A DNA stretch of 56,826 nucleotides from a virus (IMGVR_UViG_3300036770_001578:1-56826), one strand, 5' to 3'; positions 27,152 through 35,332 are shown, numbered from the stretch's first letter. Notes: generated from the sequence alone by a model not told the origin. Translations and numbers: made by a program.

Positions 27152-27909
27152 TTGGTAAGTGTCCTTATGAGTTTTTGGAACATCGCATTCTTGAGTTCAG
27201 ATGCTGTTCTGATGTTCACGCTGTTGGTGAATACTTTGTTAACACTGTGGGAGCAGACACCGATGACAACCAGCGTCACCCCAAGCTTCTCTGCCATAAC
27301 CTCCAGGTGCTTGACATGTTCCTGTATATAACCCGTTGCATCGGTGAGGAAGAACAAGACACGTCTTTGTTCTGGCCTGCGTGAGATCTCATCAATCGCC
27401 CAGTACAGGGATGCGTAGTCAGGCGTCCCGCCAGCAGCGATCTTGTGCATGTACCCAAGCTTGCCTTGAGCGTTGCCAAGTCTCTCCCCCCAGGTCTTGA
27501 ACCTAATGAAGGTAGGCCTCTCGATGTACTCACCGTTGACAGTCTCGTAGGAAAGCTCATGGTTACCAAAACCGTAGACCGCAAACGGTACCTTGGTTTT
27601 GTTCAGGATCTCTCCCAAATGGATCGATACTTTCTGAGCCTCTCCGATCCTGCTGCTCATTGAACCGGAGCAATCCACCATGATCATCACCGAAGACTTC
27701 TCGGCCTCTTTGTACTCACGCCGGGAGAAGATCGAAGACTCACCACAAGCAAACCGGGTAAGGGCTCTCTTGTCTAGCCTCCCGGCTTCCTCTCTCTTTG
27801 ACCATCCGACAGAGTCAATACTGCGAAGAAGCCTGCTGATCTGATTGCGGATAGCGCCTGCCCCGATATCTTCCTGGGCTATCTGTTGGTACTTGTTAAC
27901 GTAGGTCAT
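27148..27909 (-). CDS. vWA domain protein (CobT C-terminal-like)
   Basis: GRLDKRAL, MIDAS DCSGSM, GGTPD, FFLTD; GGGAG RBS and ATGA overlap at 27906-27909. Confidence 0.85.
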   Translation of the reverse strand: MTYVNKYQQIAQEDIGAGAIRNQISRLLRSIDSVGWSKREEAGRLDKRALTRFACGESSIFSRREYKEAEKSSVMIMVDCSGSMSSRIGEAQKVSIHLGEILNKTKVPFAVYGFGNHELSYETVNGEYIERPTFIRFKTWGERLGNAQGKLGYMHKIAAGGTPDYASLYWAIDEISRRPEQRRVLFFLTDATGYIQEHVKHLEVMAEKLGVTLVVIGVCSHSVNKVFTNSVNIRTASELKNAMFQKLIRTLTK

Positions 27910-28802
27910 GCTTTCTCCCATGGGAACTTGTAATCAATTGGTTTGCCAATCGCTGGCCTTGGGTAAACCTTGTCTGCCTTGCAGGGTTTGGTCTCCATGT
28001 GTAGCGAGATCTCTACCGGGATGGCCTTCTCTCTTCCCTTTCCTGAAGAGGCGCCCTTCTGCTTGTCTCCTTCCTCCCCCTCACCTTCACCCTCACCTTC
28101 GCCCTCACCTTCGCCTTCACCTTCGCCCTCACCTTCCTTCTCTTCCTCCAGGGCCTCTTGGGTCTGCTCGTTCAGATCCCTTTGGTTCCGGGGTTTGATC
28201 TCTTTGAGTAGATCGATGGCAATCTTCACAATCTCGTCAGTACTCTCGGCCTTATGTGCAGCGTTAACAGCCCGGAGCAGGGGTTCAGCATGGACAGACC
28301 TTTCAAGGATTGGAGCCACGTTGATGGGATACCCGTTTAAACGTCTGCCATCAACAGCCAGGAAGAACGGGTAGTTAACGACATCGTTCGGATCGTAGTT
28401 GCCATTGGCTACCTCATTGATCAGGTGTTCAAACAGGTTGCGGGAGTTAGGCACCCTTCCGGACTCGTAGACCTTCCGCTCGATGCGGGGATCTTCCAGA
28501 CCGTTAATCAGGTGCCCAAGGTATGCCCCATGCTTGTCGATCGCGTCATCCCAGGGGGCCCTGTCGGTAAACCACAGGTGCCCGAGTTCATGGGCTGCAT
28601 ACCCGACAAGCTTCTGAAGCATTGCCCTGGGGAATATTGCGGTATCGTCCAGGTCTGGGAACATTAGGACAATCCCTTCCTTCTCCCGGATCACCCCGGC
28701 GGTTTTGCCCTGCCACAGAACCCGAATGATGTTCAGATCCTGCTGGGCATTGATCCGCTCAAAGGTAGCGACAGTCGATCGCTTGACTTCCACCCCTAAC
28801 AT
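27906..28802 (-). CDS. CobT N-terminal-like HExxH protein with acidic (GE)n tail
   Basis: GYAAHELGHLWFTD...NGLEDPRIE; EGEGEG repeat near C-terminus. Confidence 0.75.
   Translation of the reverse strand: MLGVEVKRSTVATFERINAQQDLNIIRVLWQGKTAGVIREKEGIVLMFPDLDDTAIFPRAMLQKLVGYAAHELGHLWFTDRAPWDDAIDKHGAYLGHLINGLEDPRIERKVYESGRVPNSRNLFEHLINEVANGNYDPNDVVNYPFFLAVDGRRLNGYPINVAPILERSVHAEPLLRAVNAAHKAESTDEIVKIAIDLLKEIKPRNQRDLNEQTQEALEEEKEGEGEGEGEGEGEGEGEGEGEEGDKQKGASSGKGREKAIPVEISLHMETKPCKADKVYPRPAIGKPIDYKFPWEKA
28076..28138. repeat. 6-bp coding tandem repeat encoding (GE)n
   Basis: tcaccc/tcacct/tcgccc units on the + strand. Confidence 0.85.
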
Positions 28803-30256
28803 AAAGCCTCCTTCATCTTTTTGATGTTGATCATTGCTGAGAACACCCCATCAAGTTCGCCATGGACTTCCTGGGGAAACTTGTTGAGGATCGTTGCTTC
28901 GAAAGACTTGATGACCGGAACCCCGGCCTTCAGTGCCCTGGCCCACGCAAAGAGTTGCCGAAGGCTGGGCGGTTGGGTTAACAACCCAGACCTAGCCTTC
29001 TCCCTAGCAGCGTTAGCAAACTGCACAATCTGGCTAGCAGCATCCAGAGAGATCCCAGTCCTGCGATGGATCAGTTCACCTTCCTGCTTGCTGCCCAGGT
29101 ACTCAAACCTCAGGGTGTAGCTGAACCGATCCAGGAAAGCGGAGTTCTGCTCCCTGACCCCTGCAAAGTTCCCAGACGCATCGCCATGGCCTGTACTGTT
29201 ATCAGCAGCAAAGAAGGCCACATGGGAGGCAACAGGGAACCTCTCCCCGGTCTCAGGAACCGAGAGAGATCGATGAACAGACCTCTCGCAAAGGGAGTGC
29301 AAGACCGCGAGGTTCTGTGCCCTTGCGAACCCAACCTCATCGAGCAGCACCAGGGCACCGGGGTAGCTGATGGCCTGGGTGATGATCCCCGGCTTCCAGA
29401 CCACGTTGCCTTCCTGGATGGTGTTAGCACCGATGTAGTCGGATCTCTCCAAGGCCTCATCGAAGTTCACCCGGAACAGGCGCCTCTTCAGACGAGCGGC
29501 AAGCTGGGTGACGAACTCGGTCTTTCCGGTGCCTCTCTCCCCTGCCAGCCAGCAGTTATCAGGCAACCCGTCAGAAAGGGCTACAAGGGCCTGATGCAGG
29601 TGTTCTGGGGGGAAGACATAGTCTTCGACTACGGGAGGCGCTAGCGGGTCATCCCAGACCTGTACGGGCATCCCACCGAAGTCGATCGACTCCTCGGTTG
29701 TCCAGTACCGGGTAGCGCTCTCAGGAAAGAGGTCTCTGGCCTTCACTGTCTGGAATTTAGGCAGTGCTTTTGCAACCTCTTCCAAGACCTCCACGGGCTC
29801 GGTCTTGCGGAACTGATCAAACAGGCGAGAGACTTCCTCGGTGATCCTGCTGTTATCCACAGGGGAGACCTTGCTCTCCAGGGTTAGGATCTTCCGGTCT
29901 GTCCACTCCCGGAGGTCTTTTTCGATCGTTGACAGTTGCTCCCCGATCGCTAGCCGTTCAGCGTCCAGGGTCTCTTCAACCTGCTTGATCTTCTCCTGAA
30001 GCTTGGCAACAGACCGGGAGGCCATAACGTCCTGGGCAACCTGGGTTACCGGATCAGATGCTATCGGCCTCTCTGCCCTCTGCATCAGTTGGATATCAGA
30101 GACTGTGGTCAGACCGCTCTCCACGGCTTTGGCAAGGTTATGGACAACCTTGGCCTTGACGGTCTCGTAATTCCCAAGACCCAGGGACACCTGGGCATTA
30201 TTCAGTTGCTCAAGGGGCAGCAGGGCTAGCTGCCGTGCGATTTGTTGTGAGTTCAT
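28796..30256 (-). CDS. CobS/MoxR-like AAA+ ATPase
   Basis: Walker A GERGTGKT, Walker B LLDEV, NSAFLDRF, SLRQL; N-terminal coiled coil. Confidence 0.9.
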   Translation of the reverse strand: MNSQQIARQLALLPLEQLNNAQVSLGLGNYETVKAKVVHNLAKAVESGLTTVSDIQLMQRAERPIASDPVTQVAQDVMASRSVAKLQEKIKQVEETLDAERLAIGEQLSTIEKDLREWTDRKILTLESKVSPVDNSRITEEVSRLFDQFRKTEPVEVLEEVAKALPKFQTVKARDLFPESATRYWTTEESIDFGGMPVQVWDDPLAPPVVEDYVFPPEHLHQALVALSDGLPDNCWLAGERGTGKTEFVTQLAARLKRRLFRVNFDEALERSDYIGANTIQEGNVVWKPGIITQAISYPGALVLLDEVGFARAQNLAVLHSLCERSVHRSLSVPETGERFPVASHVAFFAADNSTGHGDASGNFAGVREQNSAFLDRFSYTLRFEYLGSKQEGELIHRRTGISLDAASQIVQFANAAREKARSGLLTQPPSLRQLFAWARALKAGVPVIKSFEATILNKFPQEVHGELDGVFSAMINIKKMKEALC

Positions 30257-30819
30257 ACGGTCTCCAGTTGGAATTCATTGCCACATACGCATGTGGGAAG
30301 GCCTTGGTCTGCCCAAAGCTTGGTGAGTCGGATGGTGTAGCCGCAGGTGCATACCGCCTTCAACATCCTGGTGCCCTGCTTCTTCCCGTTCTCTGCTACG
30401 TTTAAACGGGCGTGGGGATACTCTCCCAGGGAGTCCAGAAGGTTCTTGTACTCGGAGCGGAACCGATCGCCAGCAACAGTCGCGGAGGGTTTGCCCTCAA
30501 GGAAGAGAGATGACACTAGTTTGGGAAACCTCCCCCGGTGTCCATCCCCATCGGTAGCGGCATGGGCTAGCTCATGCACCAGGACAGCAAAGACCTCGAC
30601 TGCATCGTCCAGGACGGGAGAAATGAAGATCTCGTGGGTCTGGTCAGTCGAGGCCTTGGCAGACCAATGCTCCCCGATCCTACGTTTACGGGCACGGGCC
30701 TGCATGGATGGGAACCCGCAGGTCACCCGGATCTTGTCCGGGAGCGGGTGTTTCAGGTAATCGAAAAAAGCCCTGAGTTCGTCAGTAGCTTGGTTAAGCC
30801 ATTCTTCGCGTGTCTTCAT
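30253..30819 (-). CDS. SprT-like metallopeptidase with C-terminal Zn ribbon
   Basis: VLVHELAHA...GHRGRF; CTCGY...CVCG; GGAGG RBS before ATG 30819. Confidence 0.8.
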   Translation of the reverse strand: MKTREEWLNQATDELRAFFDYLKHPLPDKIRVTCGFPSMQARARKRRIGEHWSAKASTDQTHEIFISPVLDDAVEVFAVLVHELAHAATDGDGHRGRFPKLVSSLFLEGKPSATVAGDRFRSEYKNLLDSLGEYPHARLNVAENGKKQGTRMLKAVCTCGYTIRLTKLWADQGLPTCVCGNEFQLETV

Positions 30820-30850
30820 GGTTTGAGCCTCCATATTGTTAGCGATAGTA

Positions 30851-31039
30851 TCACGATTTAAACAATGCAAGCACAGCATGGTAGAGGTCTGATGCAAGCC
30901 CCCTGCCATGGCACTCGCCGGGGATGTACCCGGAGGGGGTCAGGAAGACTTCCCCACAACCTCCCCACCAGTCCAGCAAGACAACAAAAAGCCCTCCGGA
31001 GAGGGCTAGATAAAAGACAGCAATGCCGATGATTCTCAT
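30851..31039 (-). CDS. small membrane protein
   Basis: IIGIAVFYLALSGGLFVVLL transmembrane segment; GGAGG RBS. Confidence 0.6.
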   Translation of the reverse strand: MRIIGIAVFYLALSGGLFVVLLDWWGGCGEVFLTPSGYIPGECHGRGLASDLYHAVLALFKS

Positions 31040-31419
31040 GCGTTTTCCTCCACGTTCTCAATGATTGACTCAGCGATCTCTTTAGTTTTCTTGCGATCGA
31101 TCTCTTCCCCTCTACGTTTAAACAGACGATCGACAATCTTCCAGTCGTCATCAATCACGTAGACCCCGTTGTCCCAGTTGTCGGTATCAGCGTTGCCGTA
31201 CTCTTCCCGGTAGACATTCATGCCCACCGGGTTTTTAAAGAAGGCACGGGCTAGAACCTCCGCTAGGGCGTCCATGCGCTCCCGGTGATCTCCTTCTATC
31301 CCCAGGGCCTTAGCAGCCCGTAGGAAGCCCTCTACCGAGGCCCTACCGCCATTCCAGTGGAGATAGATGCAGGGTGCTGTGGGGTGAGTCTTGAATGTAA
31401 TGACTGCGCGGTTTCCCAT
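31036..31419 (-). CDS. conserved early phage hypothetical protein
   Basis: MGNRAVI...IYLHWNGGRASVEGFL...DNWDNGVYVI. Confidence 0.75.
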   Translation of the reverse strand: MGNRAVITFKTHPTAPCIYLHWNGGRASVEGFLRAAKALGIEGDHRERMDALAEVLARAFFKNPVGMNVYREEYGNADTDNWDNGVYVIDDDWKIVDRLFKRRGEEIDRKKTKEIAESIIENVEENA

Positions 31420-31575
31420 TTACTTTCCTTCCTTTTGTTTTGTTTTCTCACAATCAAAAAAAGCTTCCCAATCCTGGCGGTCTACCTTGATCCAGAGGGA
31501 ATCCTCAAACTCCTCCATGACCTCGGCCTGCTCAAGAATGTCAAAGGCCAGTTCGATTTTTTTAAAGTCGTCCAT
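31420..31575 (-). CDS. acidic 51-aa hypothetical protein (not in ORF track)
   Basis: Hand translation MDDFKKIELAFDILEQAEVMEEFEDSLWIKVDRQDW...; GGAGG RBS. Confidence 0.6.
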   Translation of the reverse strand: MDDFKKIELAFDILEQAEVMEEFEDSLWIKVDRQDWEAFFDCEKTKQKEGK

Positions 31576-31577
31576 GA

Positions 31578-31853
31578 TTAAACCTCCGTATTAAAGTGTT
31601 TACGAACCAATGCAATTGCCTCGGTGTAAAGAACCAATGCTTCTGCTCTGCGCTTGTTCAACTCCTGTTGAATGGACTTCTGATCCAACCCTAGATCAAG
31701 TAATGACCGGGTGGAGGCATCGTTCACAAAGACCAAGGCTTCGGCGAGTTTGCCGTAGGCAAGGTACTCAAGCGTTATGTCGTTCAGGTATGCGTACCCG
31801 TCCTTGACTTCGTTGACTGCTTTGTCAGCAAGTTTTTGTGCTTCGGTTTTCAT
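31578..31853 (-). CDS. hypothetical protein
   Basis: 91 aa with GGAGG RBS. Confidence 0.65.
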   Translation of the reverse strand: MKTEAQKLADKAVNEVKDGYAYLNDITLEYLAYGKLAEALVFVNDASTRSLLDLGLDQKSIQQELNKRRAEALVLYTEAIALVRKHFNTEV

Positions 31854-31855
31854 CT

Positions 31856-32200
31856 TTAAGCCTCCAGGTTAAGTTGTTTAGCCAGCGCGGGGTGCAGGTA
31901 CACCGAAGGTGTAGCGGGTTTACCAAGGAACGTCCCTACGCAGACGGCGTAGGTATCGGCATCCAGTTCCAGGACAGTCTCTGCCCTTCCGCCGTTGAAC
32001 TGAGGGGCACCAGTCGAAGGGATATCCACAGGTCTACCGTCCTGCACCAGGATGTAGCTAGACCGTGAACCGCCATCCCAGTAGGTACCAGAACAGGTAA
32101 CCCGTTGGGTAACAGTTACGATGGTTTTGTGTTTCCGAGAGTTAACACCAGCCTGCTTTAACAGGGTCTGGATGATGGGGTCTTTAGCACTGACGATCAT
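31856..32200 (-). CDS. hypothetical protein
   Basis: TYWDGGSRSSY...FLGKPA...YLHP; GGAGG RBS. Confidence 0.7.
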   Translation of the reverse strand: MIVSAKDPIIQTLLKQAGVNSRKHKTIVTVTQRVTCSGTYWDGGSRSSYILVQDGRPVDIPSTGAPQFNGGRAETVLELDADTYAVCVGTFLGKPATPSVYLHPALAKQLNLEA

Positions 32201-32418
32201 TTGTATGCCTCCTCGATGGCCTTAGTTGCAACGCGGTTGGGGTTAGGTTCCTCGCAGACGCCCTCACCGATCAGGTGAGAGGCTGTCCTACCGAACCAGC
32301 CCTGAAGCTTCCAGGCCAGTCCGGTATCTATCAGGTACTGCCAAGCTTCGATGACCTGCTCTTCGGATTCGGCTTGCACAAAGCCTTCCGCAATGCCTAC
32401 TGCGTCAAATGTATTCAT
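32197..32418 (-). CDS. conserved small phage protein
   Basis: IEAWQYLIDTGLAWKLQGWFGRTA motif. Confidence 0.75.
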   Translation of the reverse strand: MNTFDAVGIAEGFVQAESEEQVIEAWQYLIDTGLAWKLQGWFGRTASHLIGEGVCEEPNPNRVATKAIEEAYK

Positions 32419-32645
32419 GCTGCCTCCTGGGTTTCACGTTTAATTGCATTGATAGCATCTCGCTTGCCGCCATTGCCACTAACACGATTGGTAATGGCGT
32501 AGCCGTCACCTTGCGGTTCGCATTGGGTTGCCTCAAACGAGTAGTAGTACCGAAAACCGTCCATCTTGTTGCCAAGCCGGGATCGGTAAATCGTCACCGA
32601 CCAGTTTTCATGGACGAAATGCGCCTCACCGCGAAAGAAATTCAT
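32415..32645 (-). CDS. hypothetical protein
   Basis: Start reassigned to ATG 32645 (GGAGG RBS, ATGA overlap). Confidence 0.6.
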   Translation of the reverse strand: MNFFRGEAHFVHENWSVTIYRSRLGNKMDGFRYYYSFEATQCEPQGDGYAITNRVSGNGGKRDAINAIKRETQEAA

Positions 32646-32926
32646 GCTGCCTCCTGATCTTCTTGCTGCTCCTTGTTGAGTTGCTCCAGCCTCTCGGCAA
32701 CCAGGGCAAACACCTGGGAGACGGCCTGCGCCACTTCCACCTGGGTTGCCCCAGGTTTCCAGCCGCCGCAACCGTAGTTCATGCTGATGTCCCGCACCCT
32801 GCCCCTGTAAAGCCGCACGTTAATAACCGCAACTTCGTCCCAGTGGGTCTGGGGGCTAACGAAACGGTGATGCATAATCCCCGATCCAGTCGGGTCAATA
32901 CTGCGAACGATGTTTTCTTGAATCAT
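32642..32926 (-). CDS. hypothetical protein directly downstream of hammerhead 1
   Basis: 94 aa with AGGAGG RBS. Confidence 0.65.
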   Translation of the reverse strand: MIQENIVRSIDPTGSGIMHHRFVSPQTHWDEVAVINVRLYRGRVRDISMNYGCGGWKPGATQVEVAQAVSQVFALVAERLEQLNKEQQEDQEAA

Positions 32927-32945
32927 GGTAGAGCCTCCTGTGGTT

Positions 32946-32995
32946 GTCTGAGACCCCCGAAGGGGTTTCGGCTATTGAAGCCTCGTCAGTCAGAC
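32946..32995 (-). ncRNA. type I hammerhead ribozyme
   Basis: GUCUGA-CUGACGA-GGCU(ucaau)AGCC-GAAA-CCCC(uucg)GGGG-UC/UCAGAC; full core and three intact stems. Confidence 0.92.
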
Positions 32996-33193
32996 TGCTT
33001 TGGGTTCACCCCCAGTGCATTTCAAAAGATCGGAGAGAGGAACCATGATGGACTCATAACCTCCGCAATAAATCGATGCACAAGCCGAATGCCCATGCAC
33101 CGTCTCTGGATGGATGCAAACGACAAAACCAGCGATGCGCCGGAATGCACCCGGTTTTGTTCGTACCTTGTCGCCTACTTGAATCTCGTTCAT
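32990..33193 (-). CDS. hypothetical SH3/KOW-like small protein
   Basis: IQVGDKVRTK...GFVVCI; stop codon lies in hammerhead stem I. Confidence 0.6.
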   Translation of the reverse strand: MNEIQVGDKVRTKPGAFRRIAGFVVCIHPETVHGHSACASIYCGGYESIMVPLSDLLKCTGGEPKAV

Positions 33194-33300
33194 ACAGCCC
33201 CCTTCCGGTGTTTTTGTTTACGGGAATACTTGGTGCGAACGGTATGCCTCCCGGCACCGCAAGAGCGGGAGTGCTTCGCTACGAAATTACGCTGCTTCAT
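33190..33300 (-). CDS. 36-aa basic peptide (not in ORF track)
   Basis: MKQRNFVAKHSRSCGAGRHTVRTKYSRKQKHRKGAV; GGAGG RBS; ATGA overlap with next gene. Confidence 0.65.
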   Translation of the reverse strand: MKQRNFVAKHSRSCGAGRHTVRTKYSRKQKHRKGAV

Positions 33301-33302
33301 GG

Positions 33303-33377
33303 TCAAACCTCCATTAATAGAACGATGCAGATAACTGCTATGTAAAAAGCGACAGCAATCAAAAGAATGTCCATCAT
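33303..33377 (-). CDS. 24-aa membrane peptide
   Basis: MMDILLIAVAFYIAVICIVLLMEV; AGGAGG RBS. Confidence 0.55.
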   Translation of the reverse strand: MMDILLIAVAFYIAVICIVLLMEV

Positions 33378-33388
33378 TCTTGAGCCTC

Positions 33389-33460
33389 CTAAAGAAAGAA
33401 AAGAATCATGACCTTGGCAAAGGTCAGCCAACATACTGTTCCGAAAATGAATGCCTGCAT
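33389..33460 (-). CDS. 23-aa membrane peptide
   Basis: MQAFIFGTVCWLTFAKVMILFFL; GGGAGG RBS. Confidence 0.5.
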   Translation of the reverse strand: MQAFIFGTVCWLTFAKVMILFFL

Positions 33461-33475
33461 GGTGTTCCTCCCTGT

Positions 33476-33676
33476 TTAAACGATGAAGTCAGGATGGGTA
33501 TCAATCCCCAAAGAAGAGGCCAGTGCTAGCATCTCTTCCTGATCCTTCCTGCGTAGTGCTGCCCGGATTGCTGCGGATATGGATCGAGCCGCATATCCCA
33601 GAATGTCCTGGTTGCCGGGGTTGGATTCAACGAACTGTTTTGCGTATCCGCAGACTCTCTGCTGGTGCTTGGTCAT
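33476..33676 (-). CDS. first early-operon hypothetical protein
   Basis: 66 aa with AGGAG RBS immediately after hammerhead 2. Confidence 0.65.
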   Translation of the reverse strand: MTKHQQRVCGYAKQFVESNPGNQDILGYAARSISAAIRAALRRKDQEEMLALASSLGIDTHPDFIV

Positions 33677-33689
33677 AAAGTCTCCTGGT

Positions 33690-33739
33690 GGGTTTCGCCC
33701 TTATGGGCTCGTCAGTACCAGTTCTGCACTGGTAGACCC
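33690..33739 (-). ncRNA. type III hammerhead ribozyme
   Basis: GGG-UC/UACCAGU(gcaga)ACUGGUA-CUGACGA-GCCC(auaa)GGGC-GAAA-CCC. Confidence 0.9.
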
Positions 33740-33939
33740 GATTTTGTTCACTAGAGACACATGTCCCTGGTTGGCGGTATTCCCAACCGTTGGAGCCTTC
33801 CCCCAACCGAGCCTTTGTTTAAGCCCCCAAAGTCCAGAGGGCACCCCATTCAACGCTGGGGCACTGCGTCTTCGATTCTGTAGATCCCGGTAGGTAAGTG
33901 GTGATCAGGTGAATCGGTACTGCTTACTGCTTAGACCGA

Positions 33940-33968
33940 ATGTTAGTGCCAAAGTTTAAACGATGCAA
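33940..33968 (-). promoter_or_regulatory. early leftward sigma70 promoter
   Basis: TTGCAT-N17-TAACAT with GTTTAAAC in the spacer. Confidence 0.65.
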
Positions 33969-34001
33969 GCATATTGTCCCACTACCTTTGTCGGGTATTA
34001 C

Positions 34002-34014
34002 TAAGTCATTGATA
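34002..34014 (-). promoter_or_regulatory. IHF-site-like motif
   Basis: TATCAATGACTTA matches WATCAANNNNTTR upstream of the early promoter. Confidence 0.45.
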
Positions 34015-34284
34015 ACGCTAGCAATTAATTGTTGAGTATTTTCTGGGGTTATACCTGGACAGAGGGTTACAGAGGGGTTTCCGGGGATCTTTAGGGGTGT
34101 AAACGGGGAGAAGCCGAAGGCGAGCGGATTACTACATCTAGTACAGAACAGAGGCGATGAGTACTACCGCTAGTAATGAGCTAACAGCAGACAAGGGTTG
34201 ACGCAGTCCGTTTAAACGGTAACCATTCGGGCATTGACGATAGGGTTGCCTACCGTTATCACTACAAAGGAAGGAGACAGAGAA

Positions 34285-34905
34285 ATGGACAAGGTTTCAT
34301 TGATAGATGAACTGGACTCAGACACAAGCACCGAAGACCAGGACGATGCAAGCACCATCAGCGCGGGGCTAGGTATCAGCGAAGCGATGCGGAAGAAAGC
34401 CGCCCAAGTAAAACCACATCGAAGAAAAGATGGAAAAGAGTATGGTCATAAAGAGAGAAGACCAGGAAGACTAACAGAGAGACAGCAGCAGTTCGCAAGC
34501 CTTGTAGCTCAAGGGTTAGCACCCAAGGACGCATACAAGAAGGCATACAACCATAGAACAGACAATGAGGCATCAGCAGTCGCATCTGCCCACAAGCTAA
34601 TGCGGAATGAGAAGGTGGCTGCACTTATCGGCTCTGTCTTTGACACCATAAAAGAAAACATCATTGCCGATGCAGTGGCAACAAGGCGTCACGTCATGGA
34701 GCAACTGATCAAGCATGCAGAGGGCGCCAAGCATGAGAGTACCAAGCTCAAGGCCTTGGAACTGATGGGTAAGGCAGTCGGTATGTTCACTGACAGAGTG
34801 GAGCAAAAGGTCGAAGAGGTAAGCACAGAGCGGCTTAAGAAGGAACTGCAGTCAAGCCTCGCTCTGTTAGACAACGTCAGACCTATTGGCAAACGCACTG
34901 CCTGA
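34285..34905 (+). CDS. terS: terminase small subunit
   Basis: LTERQQQFA...DAYKKAY...AHKLMRNEKV...KLKALELMGKAVGMFTDRVE; AAGGAG RBS before ATG 34285. Confidence 0.8.
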   Translation: MDKVSLIDELDSDTSTEDQDDASTISAGLGISEAMRKKAAQVKPHRRKDGKEYGHKERRPGRLTERQQQFASLVAQGLAPKDAYKKAYNHRTDNEASAVASAHKLMRNEKVAALIGSVFDTIKENIIADAVATRRHVMEQLIKHAEGAKHESTKLKALELMGKAVGMFTDRVEQKVEEVSTERLKKELQSSLALLDNVRPIGKRTA

Positions 34906-35052
34906 GTTAGGCACTGCATGGCCTGGAACCCGCATCCAGCCTGAGGCCCCCGGTACCACCCCCCACCGGGGGGCACCCCCCTAAACGCCACGCCTGCCCC
35001 CTCCTGCCCTATAGCTGTAATCCCCACATCCGATTTCCATCCCTACTTACCA

Positions 35053-35100
35053 CTGTCTATCCATACACCTGTCTATCTTTACATATGTATGTTTATACAG
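35053..35100. promoter_or_regulatory. three abutting SOS-box-like 16-mers
   Basis: CTGTCTATCCATACAC, CTGTCTATCTTTACAT, ATGTATGTTTATACAG; each has 1 mismatch to CTGT-N8-ACAG. Confidence 0.6.
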
Positions 35101-35332
35101 AAGGGTATCAATTCGTACTGAGTTTTCCGACAGCCAGAAAGAACAGGGAATTTTGCGTCCGCACCGTCCGCTTCGTCCTTTTGTCGTTTAAACGACAGAA
35201 GTAGGGTTCCATCGTCTCCGCCAAAGATAACGCCAGAACTAGCTCTTAAGGCGGCTTGTTCGTTTACATACCATCCAGCATATCGTTAGATCTTTTGTAC
35301 CCCCCTACCCCCTTCGCAAAAAGAAGGGGGGG

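Noticed and set aside
27906-27921. Frameshifted cobT pseudogene
   Set aside because: The junction has a GGGAG RBS and ATGA coupling, consistent with two intact genes
32528-33334. 268-aa plus-strand ORF
   Set aside because: Antisense to several RBS-supported early genes and a ribozyme
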